A stretch of DNA of 56,760 nucleotides from Candidatus Woesearchaeota archaeon (GCA_018303265.1 JAGVYN010000014.1:1-56760); one strand, 5' to 3'; counted from the first letter of the stretch, positions 8,889 to 19,167 are shown. Notes: generated by a model not told the origin, from the sequence alone. Made by a program: numbers and translations.

Positions 8889-10013
8889 ATGATTCCTCGT
8901 CATGAATTTTGGTGGCGATTCCTTCCAAAAAGAGAATTAACTCAGGTTTATCTCTCAGGAGCGCTTCGATCGTTTGCCATTTCGATGATCGGATTGTTCA
9001 TTCCATTATATTTATATACTGAGCAAGGGTTTAGCTTACAGCAAACATTACTGTTTTTTGTGTTTTATGCCGTTATTTTTGCCATCGCTACTCCTGTAGC
9101 AGCTAAATTTGTGGCGCGATATGGGCCAAAACATGCTATTTTAGTCAGTGTTCCTGTCTATCTTCTTTTTTTTGGGTTATTATACGCGCTTTATTTTATT
9201 TCTGTTCCTTTGTATATTATTGCAGCAATGCTTGGCGTTTCACAGGCATTTTACTGGCTCGGTCTTCATCTGGTCTTTCATCATGCAAGTGATAGAAAAC
9301 ATCGCGGAGAAGAAGTGGGAATTCAGAAAAGTAGTTCTATTGTTGCGGGAATGTTTGGACCAATCATTGGCGGTGTGTCCATTGCCACTGTCGGATTTGA
9401 CCTTGTTTTTATTATTGCGGGATTTTTTCTGTTGCTTTCTGCAGTTGTTCTGTTGCAAAGTGATGAAGAACATGTTTCGTATCGTTTTTCTGTTCGATCG
9501 GTGCTTAATAAAGAACATTGGCGTAATTCATTATTTTTTGTGTCGTCAGGAACGCAAGTCATTGCCAGTGGCGTGATTTGGCCTTTGTTTATTTTTTTCA
9601 TTCTGGGAAGTTATGTCGCGTTAGGTCTTGTTGGTTCATTAATTTCAGGAATAAGCGCGTTGTTGTTGTGGCTTGCAGGAAAATATAGTGATCATCGGGG
9701 CAAGCGGAGGATCATCCGCTGGACGATCGGATTTGAATCTATTTCGTGGTTTCTTAAGGCGTTCACGACAACAGTTCCGCATGTGTTTGGGGTAACTATC
9801 TTCGGCGCAATAACTGATGGTATTATTGCTTCTCCGATTGGAGCTCTAGAATACAATAAAGCTCAAGGAGAAATTGCTTCCTATTTTGTCAGCCGGGAAA
9901 TTTTTATTTGTCTTGGCAGGATCTTACTGCTGGTTTTTGTATTAATGATTGATAGCCTTTCTGGCGGATTGATTTTTCAAGGAATTGCCAGTTTAGGAGT
10001 ATTATTATTCTAA
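8889..10013 (+). CDS. MFS-type transporter
   Basis: About 10-12 hydrophobic helices. Charged loop DRKHRGEEVG after TM helices in the position of MFS motif A. Confidence 0.65.
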   Translation: MIPRHEFWWRFLPKRELTQVYLSGALRSFAISMIGLFIPLYLYTEQGFSLQQTLLFFVFYAVIFAIATPVAAKFVARYGPKHAILVSVPVYLLFFGLLYALYFISVPLYIIAAMLGVSQAFYWLGLHLVFHHASDRKHRGEEVGIQKSSSIVAGMFGPIIGGVSIATVGFDLVFIIAGFFLLLSAVVLLQSDEEHVSYRFSVRSVLNKEHWRNSLFFVSSGTQVIASGVIWPLFIFFILGSYVALGLVGSLISGISALLLWLAGKYSDHRGKRRIIRWTIGFESISWFLKAFTTTVPHVFGVTIFGAITDGIIASPIGALEYNKAQGEIASYFVSREIFICLGRILLLVFVLMIDSLSGGLIFQGIASLGVLLF

Positions 10014-10645
10014 TGATGGATGCGGAAACTGATTTTTTGTGCAGTTTGCTTGAATTGCAGTACGGACAGAAAGTAGAAGAAAAACTGCAGCATCTTGCAG
10101 CCCATGTTCCCTGGGCGCAGGGATGGCCTGCCCGCAAGGAGTCATTTTGGAATGCAGAAGCGTTCATGTGGCAGCATAAAATCGAGAAAGAGAAACGGCA
10201 ATTGATCCAAAACGAATTACTGTTTCTTCACAATGGAAAAAATCTGGACTTGGGCTGTGGAAGTTACAGCTATCTGCCTTCTGTCGGATTTGATCTTTCT
10301 GAGAAAATGCTGGAGTTTAACGATTCTTGTGCTCTCAAGATTCAAGGAAATGTAGAAGAGCCGCTTCCTTTTATCGATAATGAATTTGATTCCATCACGG
10401 CTGTTTTTATCCTGAATTATATCCAAAATTATTCAGCCTTGTTTCAGGAGATTAAGAGAATTACCAAAACGTATTTTGTGATGGTCTTATCTTCACAGAA
10501 AATTAATGAATGGCAGCGGCAAAAAGAAGTTTATGACTTTACAGCTGACAGGTGGTGTTCTCTTCTTCGTGAAGCTGGCTTTGGGGTTGAATTTTATGAA
10601 AAAGAAAGCCTTTGGTTTTTTGTCTGTCGGAAAGAGGAAAGATAA
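10013..10645 (+). CDS. Class I SAM-dependent methyltransferase
   Basis: NLDLGCGSYSY glycine-rich motif I. An acidic residue ends the next strand (GFDLSEKM). The start overlaps the upstream stop (TAATG). Confidence 0.6.
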   Translation: MMDAETDFLCSLLELQYGQKVEEKLQHLAAHVPWAQGWPARKESFWNAEAFMWQHKIEKEKRQLIQNELLFLHNGKNLDLGCGSYSYLPSVGFDLSEKMLEFNDSCALKIQGNVEEPLPFIDNEFDSITAVFILNYIQNYSALFQEIKRITKTYFVMVLSSQKINEWQRQKEVYDFTADRWCSLLREAGFGVEFYEKESLWFFVCRKEER

Positions 10646-10698
10646 ATTAAAAGAAAAACTTATTAAATACTAACCGCTTACGCAACTCAGGTGATGAG

Positions 10699-12201
10699 AT
10701 GGATAGGTCGGAATTATTAATTAAGTATGGATTTATTAAAAAGGATAAGAAAGAAGATAATTATTTCTATAATGAGGAAACTGGTGAGTATGAACCGGTT
10801 GAAGGATACAAACTGAACAAGAAAGATGCTGATGAAGAGCATACCGAAGTCATTCCTGGGCAATATGATACCACCGGGTTTCCTGCTCCTAAGAAAACCT
10901 ACCGGTTATCATGGGAAGTGTATGATTTAAGTTTGGAAGAACCATACTTCTGGGTGCTGGATTATTTAAAACAGAGTTTTCCTCTTGTCGAGAAATTGGA
11001 AGACTCGTTTGCGGCAGCAGAGAACTCTGCTTTTTTTGGGCTTACACAGCAGCGACTGGGAGCGCAGCAAGATAAAGTAACACAATTTCTTGTTGCCGTG
11101 GGAAAAATGATTAAAGAACTCTTCCAGATGGTTCGTGAATTGCGGATCATTGACGAACGGCTTGATTATTATGACGAAGCAGAAAAAGAACTGGATAAAG
11201 ATATTGACAAGCGCGGTAAAAGCGCGGAAATAACATTAAAAGGAATGTTTGTTGATTTAGTGCAAGGAGGGGGAAAAAGCGCAGCTTCGGTGTATGGCAT
11301 GGCGAGGGAGTTGGAATTTATCACCTTGCCAGATCTATTTTTCGATGCCCCGCCGTTTAAGAGTACAACTGAATTAGAGAACCACGTGCAAAGTTTAGAG
11401 AAAGATTTCAACCGCAATGTGCTGCGTGTTTTAGTCCGTCATCTGCGGCAGTTTTTGGAATGGAAGAAACGGACTGCGGAGGAACATCGAAGCAGGAAAA
11501 GGTTCATGCTAGCGTATTTAAAGCAGCATTATGAAATTATTCAGATGTACCTGGTGTGGATCAAACCCTACCTGCGCCATGTTTCCAAACTCACCATGAA
11601 AGAGAAGAGCATGACTTCTCCGGATATTATTTCTGCGTTTGAAGGGAGCATGTTAGACATTGAAATCTTGGCGAGCAAAAAGGATAGTGGAGCGAATGGT
11701 TGTCTCCTTGCGACGTTTAATTATCGTACCAGGCCAGAGTTAAAAGTGGTGCAGGAAGGATATCAGCGCGGTCCCGTTCATATCGGGAAGTTTGACATGA
11801 CGTTGCGAGTGTATGGCTGGAAAGATAAAGAACTTGCTAATTATAAGAAAATGAAAGATAAAGAGACGATGGAGTTATTGAAAGATGTTTCCAGTTCTGT
11901 TCAGAGTGCGATGGAATCATTGGGAAAAGAGCTGGAGAAATATTTGAGGGAAGCCAAAGGTGCAGAGGAGAAAAAAGAAAAAAAGCCTGCTCCAGCATCA
12001 AAGAAAACGTTGATGGAACAATTTTTAGGAGATTTTTATACAGCGAAGAAAAAGACATCGGGGGGTCTTTCATCGAAGGAGCTTATGCAGCAGAAGGAAA
12101 AAACAGATAAAGCAATGGGGAATGTGGTTGGCCATGCCAAAGCGAATGCCTGGATTGCGTTTCACACCTTTAAGAAAGCGCATCAGATGATTGCGTGGTA
12201 G
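10699..12201 (+). CDS. Hypothetical protein, 500 aa, no recognisable domain
   Basis: Long clean ORF preceded by AGGTGATGAG. Soluble and K/E-rich, with predicted long helices. Confidence 0.6.
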   Translation: MDRSELLIKYGFIKKDKKEDNYFYNEETGEYEPVEGYKLNKKDADEEHTEVIPGQYDTTGFPAPKKTYRLSWEVYDLSLEEPYFWVLDYLKQSFPLVEKLEDSFAAAENSAFFGLTQQRLGAQQDKVTQFLVAVGKMIKELFQMVRELRIIDERLDYYDEAEKELDKDIDKRGKSAEITLKGMFVDLVQGGGKSAASVYGMARELEFITLPDLFFDAPPFKSTTELENHVQSLEKDFNRNVLRVLVRHLRQFLEWKKRTAEEHRSRKRFMLAYLKQHYEIIQMYLVWIKPYLRHVSKLTMKEKSMTSPDIISAFEGSMLDIEILASKKDSGANGCLLATFNYRTRPELKVVQEGYQRGPVHIGKFDMTLRVYGWKDKELANYKKMKDKETMELLKDVSSSVQSAMESLGKELEKYLREAKGAEEKKEKKPAPASKKTLMEQFLGDFYTAKKKTSGGLSSKELMQQKEKTDKAMGNVVGHAKANAWIAFHTFKKAHQMIAW

Positions 12202-12302
12202 TTTTTGTGATCGTTCGTGGATTTTGCTGGAGATAATTTTTCATTGTTGATTCCTAATTTAAAGTATAAACTTTTTTAAACTATAAGAACAATGAAATAT
12301 TC

Positions 12303-12986
12303 ATGGGAAAGGAAGAAGATCTTCATCCTGAAGAGAGGATTAAGAAACTGAAAGAATCACAGGAAAAAAGCAAGAAAGAGATAGAAGAAGCGCAGAAAAA
12401 AATCAAAGAGAGCGAAGACGAGATAACCGAACGCAGAAAGTGGCTGGAGAAAGTCCCCATTCCGGAACTTGCACAGGAAGAGTTGGAAGGATTAAGCGAA
12501 GAAGCAAGAGTCATCCTCAAACAGCAGAAAGGACTGCGGGAGAGAAAAGGAGTTGAAGAACCAGCGGCGAAAGGAGCAGCTAAACGAGAAGAGCGGAGTT
12601 TGGAAGAAACAGTGGAAGAATTTCCAGATCAATCACCGCGAATAAAAGATGTTCATTATCAACTTCCTTCTGAAAATGCTTTTCAAATGAGTTATAATCC
12701 TTTCACAGAAAAACCGTTAGGCGAACTATATCAAGATGCTTTTTCCCTGCAGCATTCCATTGAAGAGAAAGGGTACATGAATTTACAGGATCAGCAGCGA
12801 GCCATGGCTATGTATAATTCCATTGACGAACGCTTGCGCGCGCATGAAGAGGGAACGTATTCCATGAACGAGGAAGTTGCGCAGCGGGCGCTCCTGGCAA
12901 AACAGACGACAGGAAGATTGCTTGATAATGTCTATCAGTCAAATAAAAGTACATCGGTCCAGAAGGATTGGTATAAAGGGATGTGA
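12303..12986 (+). CDS. Hypothetical coiled-coil protein, 227 aa
   Basis: The N-terminal ~110 aa is extremely K/E-rich (heptad-like). The C-terminal half is Q/N/Y-rich. Co-directional with 10699-12201. Confidence 0.55.
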   Translation: MGKEEDLHPEERIKKLKESQEKSKKEIEEAQKKIKESEDEITERRKWLEKVPIPELAQEELEGLSEEARVILKQQKGLRERKGVEEPAAKGAAKREERSLEETVEEFPDQSPRIKDVHYQLPSENAFQMSYNPFTEKPLGELYQDAFSLQHSIEEKGYMNLQDQQRAMAMYNSIDERLRAHEEGTYSMNEEVAQRALLAKQTTGRLLDNVYQSNKSTSVQKDWYKGM

Positions 12987-13111
12987 ATTTGCTCTAGGTC
13001 CTGTTTTGTGGTGGAAGAACTTCCCATTTGGTTTCTTGGTACGCTCCAATTTTGATGAATTCGCCGTATTCTTCATGTTTGTGTATAATCTTACGTGTTT
13101 TTTCATCAGTA

Positions 13112-14221
13112 TTAATCTGTGCTTGGGGTAAGATCCCATGTTCTCCCGTATTCTTCAATAAAATTATTAATCTCTTGTCTTGTTTTTGGGTCAAGTTCTT
13201 TTATTTTTTTAATTGCTTGTTCTCTGGAATTTTGTTTTCCTTCTTCAAAAACTAGGACTAAATAAGGAACATGCTCTTTTGTAATTGGATAATAATTTAC
13301 TATGTGTTCAGCTGCTAATCTTCGTATTGAGGAGACGTTACTTTCTGCTAATTGATAGAGGGTTGGTAGGCCATCATCTCCCATCTCTGCTAAGTATTGA
13401 AATGCAACACCTCCATCTGGATATATATTTTTTATGATGTCTATAATGAATGGAATGGTTTCTTTACCTCTTTCCATTTTTATGATTAATGGTATGGCAA
13501 CATTTAGTTTATCATCAACATCACCAGTCTCTAATATGTTAAGCAACTTAGGATATAAAGAGTCTGCTGAACTGGGATCAAGATCAATTGCTATTTCGGC
13601 AATTCTTTGATTTTGGGGATAATCATCAAAAATTTCAACTAAAGTAGGGACAAGTGGACGAGCAACTCCACCAAGTTTTTCGATTTCAGATAATGTTGAA
13701 TAGACAGTATTAAAATCTCCACTTTCTAGTCTCTCTTTTACTTGAGGGAGATCTTCTTCAGTTAAAGAAAAACGCGAATTCCAACTTACTCGATAATCGT
13801 CTGATAGTTTCGTGATCAAAACCCATTTTTGTCCTAGGAATAGCTTTTCACATAGTCCCTTGCTTTTAATTCCTCCGTTAACATAGACTATTTTATCTAT
13901 ATCCTCTATAGAGACTTCAAAAATTTCACCACTACTTTTACAGCCGCCACCACCTAAGTGCATTCCTATTAGGGTATACTTTGAAAAATCTATAGTTGGC
14001 AATGGTGGACAAGATTCAGCAGGTTTAAATGTTTGATTATTTTCTTTAGCATAATCTTGAAGTTCTTGTTCTGAATTAATTATAGTGCCATACCAATCAT
14101 TAGGGTTTTGAACTCCAACACAAGATAATTCTTCCGATACATCAATGTAATTTCTTTGCTCTTTACATCCAACTAATAGAAGAGTAGCACAGAGCAACAA
14201 CAAAACAATGATTTTTTTCAT
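13112..14221 (-). CDS. Lipoprotein with C-terminal HEAT-like repeats
   Basis: Start moved to the internal ATG giving MKKIIVLLLLCATLLLVGC (lipobox). The C-terminal half has repeated ~30-aa helical units (LVPTLVEIF..., LYPKLLNIL..., IPFIIDII...). The gene looks AT-richer than its neighbours. Confidence 0.6.
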   Translation of the reverse strand: MKKIIVLLLLCATLLLVGCKEQRNYIDVSEELSCVGVQNPNDWYGTIINSEQELQDYAKENNQTFKPAESCPPLPTIDFSKYTLIGMHLGGGGCKSSGEIFEVSIEDIDKIVYVNGGIKSKGLCEKLFLGQKWVLITKLSDDYRVSWNSRFSLTEEDLPQVKERLESGDFNTVYSTLSEIEKLGGVARPLVPTLVEIFDDYPQNQRIAEIAIDLDPSSADSLYPKLLNILETGDVDDKLNVAIPLIIKMERGKETIPFIIDIIKNIYPDGGVAFQYLAEMGDDGLPTLYQLAESNVSSIRRLAAEHIVNYYPITKEHVPYLVLVFEEGKQNSREQAIKKIKELDPKTRQEINNFIEEYGRTWDLTPSTD

Positions 14222-14343
14222 GATATTTATCACCAGTTTTAATATTCCATAGAATACACGCCTCTTTGATTTAATAATCTTTCGAAAAAATGATTCTTCA
14301 TTTTGCAACAACATTTAAATATCCTAAAACTATTCTTTTTCTC

Positions 14344-16464
14344 ATGGTAGAGTTCGGCAAAGGCGGTTATTTTCATCCCATGGATCGGGGCTATACGCAA
14401 TCTGATCATCACGATGATCATCATCATGGCTTCCCGCGTTCTGATCCCAGCAATACCGGCGATGTCGGTGTCAGTATCGGCGATCTGGGAATGAGTCTTG
14501 GTTTAGGGCCGGTTCCCAATGTCCAGGCAATTCAAGCGAAATTACGGCCTGGTACAAAAAAATTAGAATTTGTTTTTACCGGAATGGGAAAAGGTTCCGG
14601 GCAAGGGCAAACGCCGGAGATGTATGGCAAGAAACAGCGGGAAGCTCTCGTGGAGTTGGGAAAAGCCAACAAAGTTGATTTTACAACGCACTCCACGGTA
14701 GGCGTCTATGGCCTGGCGGGAATGGACCAGCAAGGGAATTTTAGCAAGGCCAGCAAGAACTATTCTATGCAGGAAGTGAAGAGAGCGATTGAATTTGCCG
14801 CTGACGTAGGGAGAGGCGGTCCTGTCGTTGTCCATTCCGGTGAGTTTGCCAGACCTATTGTTGATGCGGAATGGAACGTGCAAAAAGGGGATCCGTTCAG
14901 AAACAAGTTTCGCATGTATGAAGATGAAGAAGGCCGTACGTCTTTTCGTGTGGTGGATACGCGAACTGGCGGCGTCATTCAGGAAGCGCGCAAAAACAGG
15001 AAAGTTTCTCGGCCAGTATGGTTGCAGGCAGAGGAAAATGATCCGGCTAAAGGAGTAAAAAAAGGTGATTATATTGATTATTGGGGGAAAAAAGTTGACC
15101 CAGCATTGCGTGTTCCAAAATATAATGAAGAGAAAGGATCATTTCATACAACACAGCTTGGGTGGGAGGATTTAGAGAGGGAATCGAGAGAAATGACCCA
15201 GCGCGCCCGCGAGGAATTTCGCCGCTGGGATTCATTGTCTGAGAAAGAAAAACAACAGTCAATCTGGCAGGAGCGCATTGCGCAAGTAAAAGAGCGGGGC
15301 TTACGTGAAGAGGATATTAAAGTTCGTCCTGAAGAAGCGTATATCATTGCGACATTGGAAACAAATGCTGCTAATGCCCGCGGCTGGGCGCTGCAGTACG
15401 GTGGGGATTTTAAACAGATGGTGAATAGGGTAGAAAAACTTGAAAAAGCACTGGAATTCTATGAGAAAATTGAAGAAGCAGCAACTCCTGAAGAAAAATG
15501 GAAATTGCAAAAACAAGTTAATGAGAGTGGATTAGGTGAATTTGTCCCTCCGGAAACAAAATATCCCAGTGCAATCATCAAAGAACATTTGCGTGAAGCG
15601 AAGCATCGATTACAACATTCTCAGGAATCTTCTTCATCATCAATGGCACAGGCGGAAGAAGCCATGGAAACAATCCGCCACGTGCGCAGTGCGGAACCGT
15701 ATGCGTTAGAGGAAGCGTATGATGCTTATGCACGGGGAGCATTAAATGCTCTGCGTCATACAGATAAACTACAACAGCAGGGAGAACTCAAAAAACCGCT
15801 TGCTATTGCCATTGAAAATTTATTTCCCGAACATTACGGTTCACATCCTGATGAATTAATTCAATTAGTGAAAGGCAGCAGGGAACGCATGAAAGAGTTA
15901 CTTGTTGAGCAAGGTATGGCAAAGAAAGAAGCAGAAGAACGGGCCAAGAAACATATCACTGCAACGTTTGACACGGGGCATTTGAACATGTGGCGGAAGT
16001 ATTGGCATGGCGATCCTAAAAAGCCGCTGGAAGAAAATGATAAAGAGTTTGACAAATGGGCCGTTCAGAAAGTGAAGGAAATGAGCCGTGCAGGAGTTAT
16101 AGGGCACGTGCATCTTGATGACAATTACGGATATCACGATGATCATTTAGCGCCAGGTGAAGGGAATACACCCATTAAAGAAATGATTAAAGTTCTCAAA
16201 GAAGAAGGATATAAAGGAGAATTGATTGTCGAGCCAGGCGCTGATTATACGACTGACGTAACAGGATTTCATTCGGTGATGAAAACATGGCGCCATTTCG
16301 GCAGTCCGATGTATGGCATGGGGCCGAGTCTTGCTCCTCGCAAGAGAACGTGGGGAGATGTTGGGTATGGTTTCTTTGGCCAGAACGAGCCACCGTATTT
16401 TGTCTTTGGCGCCTATTCGCCGTCGGAAGACTGGACGTTATGGAGCGGTGTGCCGTTGGAATAA
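14344..16464 (+). CDS. Endonuclease IV / xylose-isomerase-like TIM-barrel protein with a His/Asp-rich N-terminus and a ~300-aa internal insert
   Basis: Metal-ligand-like motifs appear in Endo IV order: TTHS, VVHSGE, then (after the insert) IAIENLF, TFDTGH, HVHLDDNYGYHDDHLAPGEGN, LIVEPG. The start is ambiguous (14290, 14344 or 14380). 14344 lies ~24 nt after the TATA-like ACATTTAAATATCC. Confidence 0.55.
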   Translation: MVEFGKGGYFHPMDRGYTQSDHHDDHHHGFPRSDPSNTGDVGVSIGDLGMSLGLGPVPNVQAIQAKLRPGTKKLEFVFTGMGKGSGQGQTPEMYGKKQREALVELGKANKVDFTTHSTVGVYGLAGMDQQGNFSKASKNYSMQEVKRAIEFAADVGRGGPVVVHSGEFARPIVDAEWNVQKGDPFRNKFRMYEDEEGRTSFRVVDTRTGGVIQEARKNRKVSRPVWLQAEENDPAKGVKKGDYIDYWGKKVDPALRVPKYNEEKGSFHTTQLGWEDLERESREMTQRAREEFRRWDSLSEKEKQQSIWQERIAQVKERGLREEDIKVRPEEAYIIATLETNAANARGWALQYGGDFKQMVNRVEKLEKALEFYEKIEEAATPEEKWKLQKQVNESGLGEFVPPETKYPSAIIKEHLREAKHRLQHSQESSSSSMAQAEEAMETIRHVRSAEPYALEEAYDAYARGALNALRHTDKLQQQGELKKPLAIAIENLFPEHYGSHPDELIQLVKGSRERMKELLVEQGMAKKEAEERAKKHITATFDTGHLNMWRKYWHGDPKKPLEENDKEFDKWAVQKVKEMSRAGVIGHVHLDDNYGYHDDHLAPGEGNTPIKEMIKVLKEEGYKGELIVEPGADYTTDVTGFHSVMKTWRHFGSPMYGMGPSLAPRKRTWGDVGYGFFGQNEPPYFVFGAYSPSEDWTLWSGVPLE

Positions 16465-16488
16465 AGGTTTGATAACTCGTGTTTAACC

Positions 16489-16878
16489 TTAGTTATATTT
16501 AATTTTGAAAATGAGGATCGTGGAAGTAAATAATAATGTTATTGCATTTGCGATTATTACTGGTAGATCTTTAATAAGAATTCCATAAATTAACCACAAG
16601 AACACTCCTGTTGTGAATATCAAATACATCGCTAATGAGAGATCTTTTGTATGTTTCGTTTTGATGATTCTCATTGCTTGGGGTAGAAACGAAAGAGTTG
16701 TACCTGTTGCCGCCACTAATCCAATAATTGTAGCAATCGCTGTTAGGCGTCCCGACGACTGAAATGAGGGGAGCACGCAGCGCGGGATGCGAAGCAGGTT
16801 TTTTCGTGGCTGAGAATGCAGTTCTTGCTGTAGTTTTCTGGTACTTTGCTGGTAATAAATAACTGCGTTAGCAGACAA
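16489..16878 (-). CDS. SemiSWEET / PQ-loop family small transporter (start uncertain)
   Basis: Three TM helices with LSFLPQAMRIIKTKHTKDLS (PQ motif). The first ~45 codons of the tracked ORF look non-coding, and no obvious internal ATG is present. Confidence 0.6.
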   Translation of the reverse strand: MSANAVIYYQQSTRKLQQELHSQPRKNLLRIPRCVLPSFQSSGRLTAIATIIGLVAATGTTLSFLPQAMRIIKTKHTKDLSLAMYLIFTTGVFLWLIYGILIKDLPVIIANAITLLFTSTILIFKIKYN

Positions 16879-16950
16879 GATTTAGGGTGGTCGCTTTTTA
16901 AATAGGAATCTTTTTAATGAAGTAGGCATATTTGTAAATAAAAGAGGGAA

Positions 16951-18261
16951 ATGAGAGAATCTGAAACACTGGAATTGAAAAAATCAACATCTGAGTTGAA
17001 AGAGGCGATAATTTCCATAGTTTCTATTCTGAATAAGCATCAAAAAGGAGAACTGTATTTTGGTGTCGACCGTGATGGAAAAGTAGTCGGTCAGACGGTT
17101 ACAGAGAATACGTTGAGAGAGGTCTCAAGAGCTATTTCTGAACATATTGAACCGAAGATATTTCCAAAAGTCAATGAGGTTGTAATAGAAGGAAAGCACT
17201 GTGTTCATGTTGAATTCTCTGGAAATAATGTTCCCTATTATGCGCAAGGAAGAGCTCACATGAGAGTGGGTGATGAAGATAGGCAAATGAGTGCAAAAGA
17301 ATTAGAATGGCTTATTTTGCAGAAGAATCAGGAAAGAATGAAATGGGATAAAGAGATTTGTAAAGAAGCAAAAATGAGCGACATCAGCACTCAGAGATTA
17401 AAATGGTTTTTGAAAAAGGCAGGAAAACGCTTTGATACAGTTGAAAATTCTTTGAAAAAGTTAGGTCTTCTTTCACAGGGAAAATTATTGAATACTGCCG
17501 TCATACTCTTTGGCAGAAATCCAGAAAAGTTCTTTCCCAATGCTAAACTGCGTTGTGCTGTCTTTGGTGAAACAAAGGCAGTTACGATTGATATGCAGGA
17601 ATACGTTGGAGATTTATTCACATTGATTGAAAAAGCAGAAAAGTATATTTTAGAGAATATTCACGTAGGAATGCGCTTGGAAGGAATGTATCGGGTTGAT
17701 GTACCCGAAATTGATAAAGAAGCTTTTCGAGAGGCGGTTATTAATGCGTTCTGCCATAGGGATTACTATCTTTATGACTCGGTGAACATTGCCATCTTCA
17801 AGAACAAACTGGAAATAAGAAGTCCCGGTTTATTGTATGGTGGATTAACGGTGGAGAAGATAAAAACCAAAGAGATCTCTGAACGCAGAAATGAACTTTT
17901 GGCGGAAATGTTTCACCAAGTCCACTTTATTGAGAAATGGGGAAGAGGTATCGGGTTGATTTTATCCAAAGAACCTGACACCAATTTTGAAGAAGTTGGA
18001 AGACAATTTGTGGTTACGTTTAAGAGGAAAGGTGTCTCTGGAGCTGTCGGAGTAAATGAGGGAGTAAGTGAGGGTGTATTTGAGGGAGTAAATTCATTGC
18101 TTGAATCTATTCGAAAAAACCCAGGGAAAAGAGTTCCTCAACTTGCTAAAATCCTAAGTATTCCAGCCAAAACGATTGAACGCTGGATTAAGCAACTTAA
18201 AGAGGAGGAAAAAATTGAGTTTAGAGGAAGTCCGAAGAAAGGAGGGTATTGGGTAAGGTAG
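16951..18261 (+). CDS. AlbA_2 (Schlafen-like) DNA-binding domain protein with an HATPase_c_4-like region and a C-terminal wHTH (the 'RecG-like' regulator family)
   Basis: N-terminal ESETLELKKS...LNKHQKGELYFGVDRDG is typical of AlbA_2. Central NAFCHRDY motif. C-terminal IPAKTIERWIKQLKEE HTH. Confidence 0.75.
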   Translation: MRESETLELKKSTSELKEAIISIVSILNKHQKGELYFGVDRDGKVVGQTVTENTLREVSRAISEHIEPKIFPKVNEVVIEGKHCVHVEFSGNNVPYYAQGRAHMRVGDEDRQMSAKELEWLILQKNQERMKWDKEICKEAKMSDISTQRLKWFLKKAGKRFDTVENSLKKLGLLSQGKLLNTAVILFGRNPEKFFPNAKLRCAVFGETKAVTIDMQEYVGDLFTLIEKAEKYILENIHVGMRLEGMYRVDVPEIDKEAFREAVINAFCHRDYYLYDSVNIAIFKNKLEIRSPGLLYGGLTVEKIKTKEISERRNELLAEMFHQVHFIEKWGRGIGLILSKEPDTNFEEVGRQFVVTFKRKGVSGAVGVNEGVSEGVFEGVNSLLESIRKNPGKRVPQLAKILSIPAKTIERWIKQLKEEEKIEFRGSPKKGGYWVR

Positions 18262-18298
18262 GTTCGGAATAAAGTGCGGTGAAAAGTTCGGAGAAAAA

Positions 18299-19021
18299 CT
18301 ATAATTTTGCTGTTTTCCACATGAGTTGAAAGAATTTGTCGTATGATTCTGCCGCTTCTTTTTGATGGATAATTACTCCGAGTGGTTTATCCGCCCAGAC
18401 AATAATTCCTATTTTATCATTTCTGATGATTGTTTCTGTGAGAGGCTCAAATCCTGCTTTCGTGTATTTCACTTCTGATTTTGGATATTTTACTTCAGCT
18501 TTCCAATAAGCCAGAGATTCATTAAAGAGTAATTTTGCTTTAATGTCTCGTTCTGCTCTTTTTTTATGATAGCTCACCCACCAGGCATCGCCAAGCATGA
18601 GAGATTTTGCCGTTGAGCCAAAAGTATGATGTGCTTTTCCACCAGCTTCTAGCAATTCTGTCAGTAATTCTTTAATGCCGTTAATACCTCTAAAAGTAAT
18701 GATTTCTGGCTTTTCTTTGGCTTGTTTTTGTTTGAGTAATAATTCCGGTAAAATCTCCTGAAAGCGTTCTTTTTTCTCATTGATAAAATCAATAATGTGC
18801 TTGGGATTGGCGGCTTGGTAGTGGTTTCTCTTGCCCTCTTTAACGAATGTAACGAATCCTCTTTCTATGAGTTTGTTTAAGGTCATGTGGACGACGGAAT
18901 TTTGTAGTCCTGATTTTTCAAGAATAGGGCCTGCGGTAGAAGTTCCTAATTCTAAGAGGGTGAGATATACTTTAATCTCAGCATTGGAAAGCCCGATATC
19001 TTCGAGGATTTTGGTGTCCAT
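18299..19021 (-). CDS. TrmB-family transcriptional regulator
   Basis: N-terminal LEDIGLSNAEIKVYLTLLELGTSTAGPILEKSGLQNSVVHMTLNKLIERGFV winged helix, plus a C-terminal TrmB-like domain. Confidence 0.7.
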   Translation of the reverse strand: MDTKILEDIGLSNAEIKVYLTLLELGTSTAGPILEKSGLQNSVVHMTLNKLIERGFVTFVKEGKRNHYQAANPKHIIDFINEKKERFQEILPELLLKQKQAKEKPEIITFRGINGIKELLTELLEAGGKAHHTFGSTAKSLMLGDAWWVSYHKKRAERDIKAKLLFNESLAYWKAEVKYPKSEVKYTKAGFEPLTETIIRNDKIGIIVWADKPLGVIIHQKEAAESYDKFFQLMWKTAKL

Positions 19022-19167
19022 AACCAGAGAATAGCATGGTTCTTTTTAAAGTTTTCTATTAATCCTCCAAAATTGGAGAATGAATATTTATATAGTTGTC
19101 ATGTTGTTACTGCTTCATAACAAATGATGGTTATCCAATCTGAACAAAATGGAAGGAGGTAAAGAAA

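Noticed and set aside
11260-11285. QGGGKSAAS in the 500-aa hypothetical protein as a P-loop
   Set aside because: It does not fit GxxxxGK[ST] (no glycine at the -5 position), and no Walker B or other NTPase motif follows.
16741-16878. Locally GC-rich 5' part of the SemiSWEET ORF as a riboswitch
   Set aside because: Only a short UCCCG/CGGGA pairing could be drawn. There is no resemblance to a riboswitch class I can recognise by eye.
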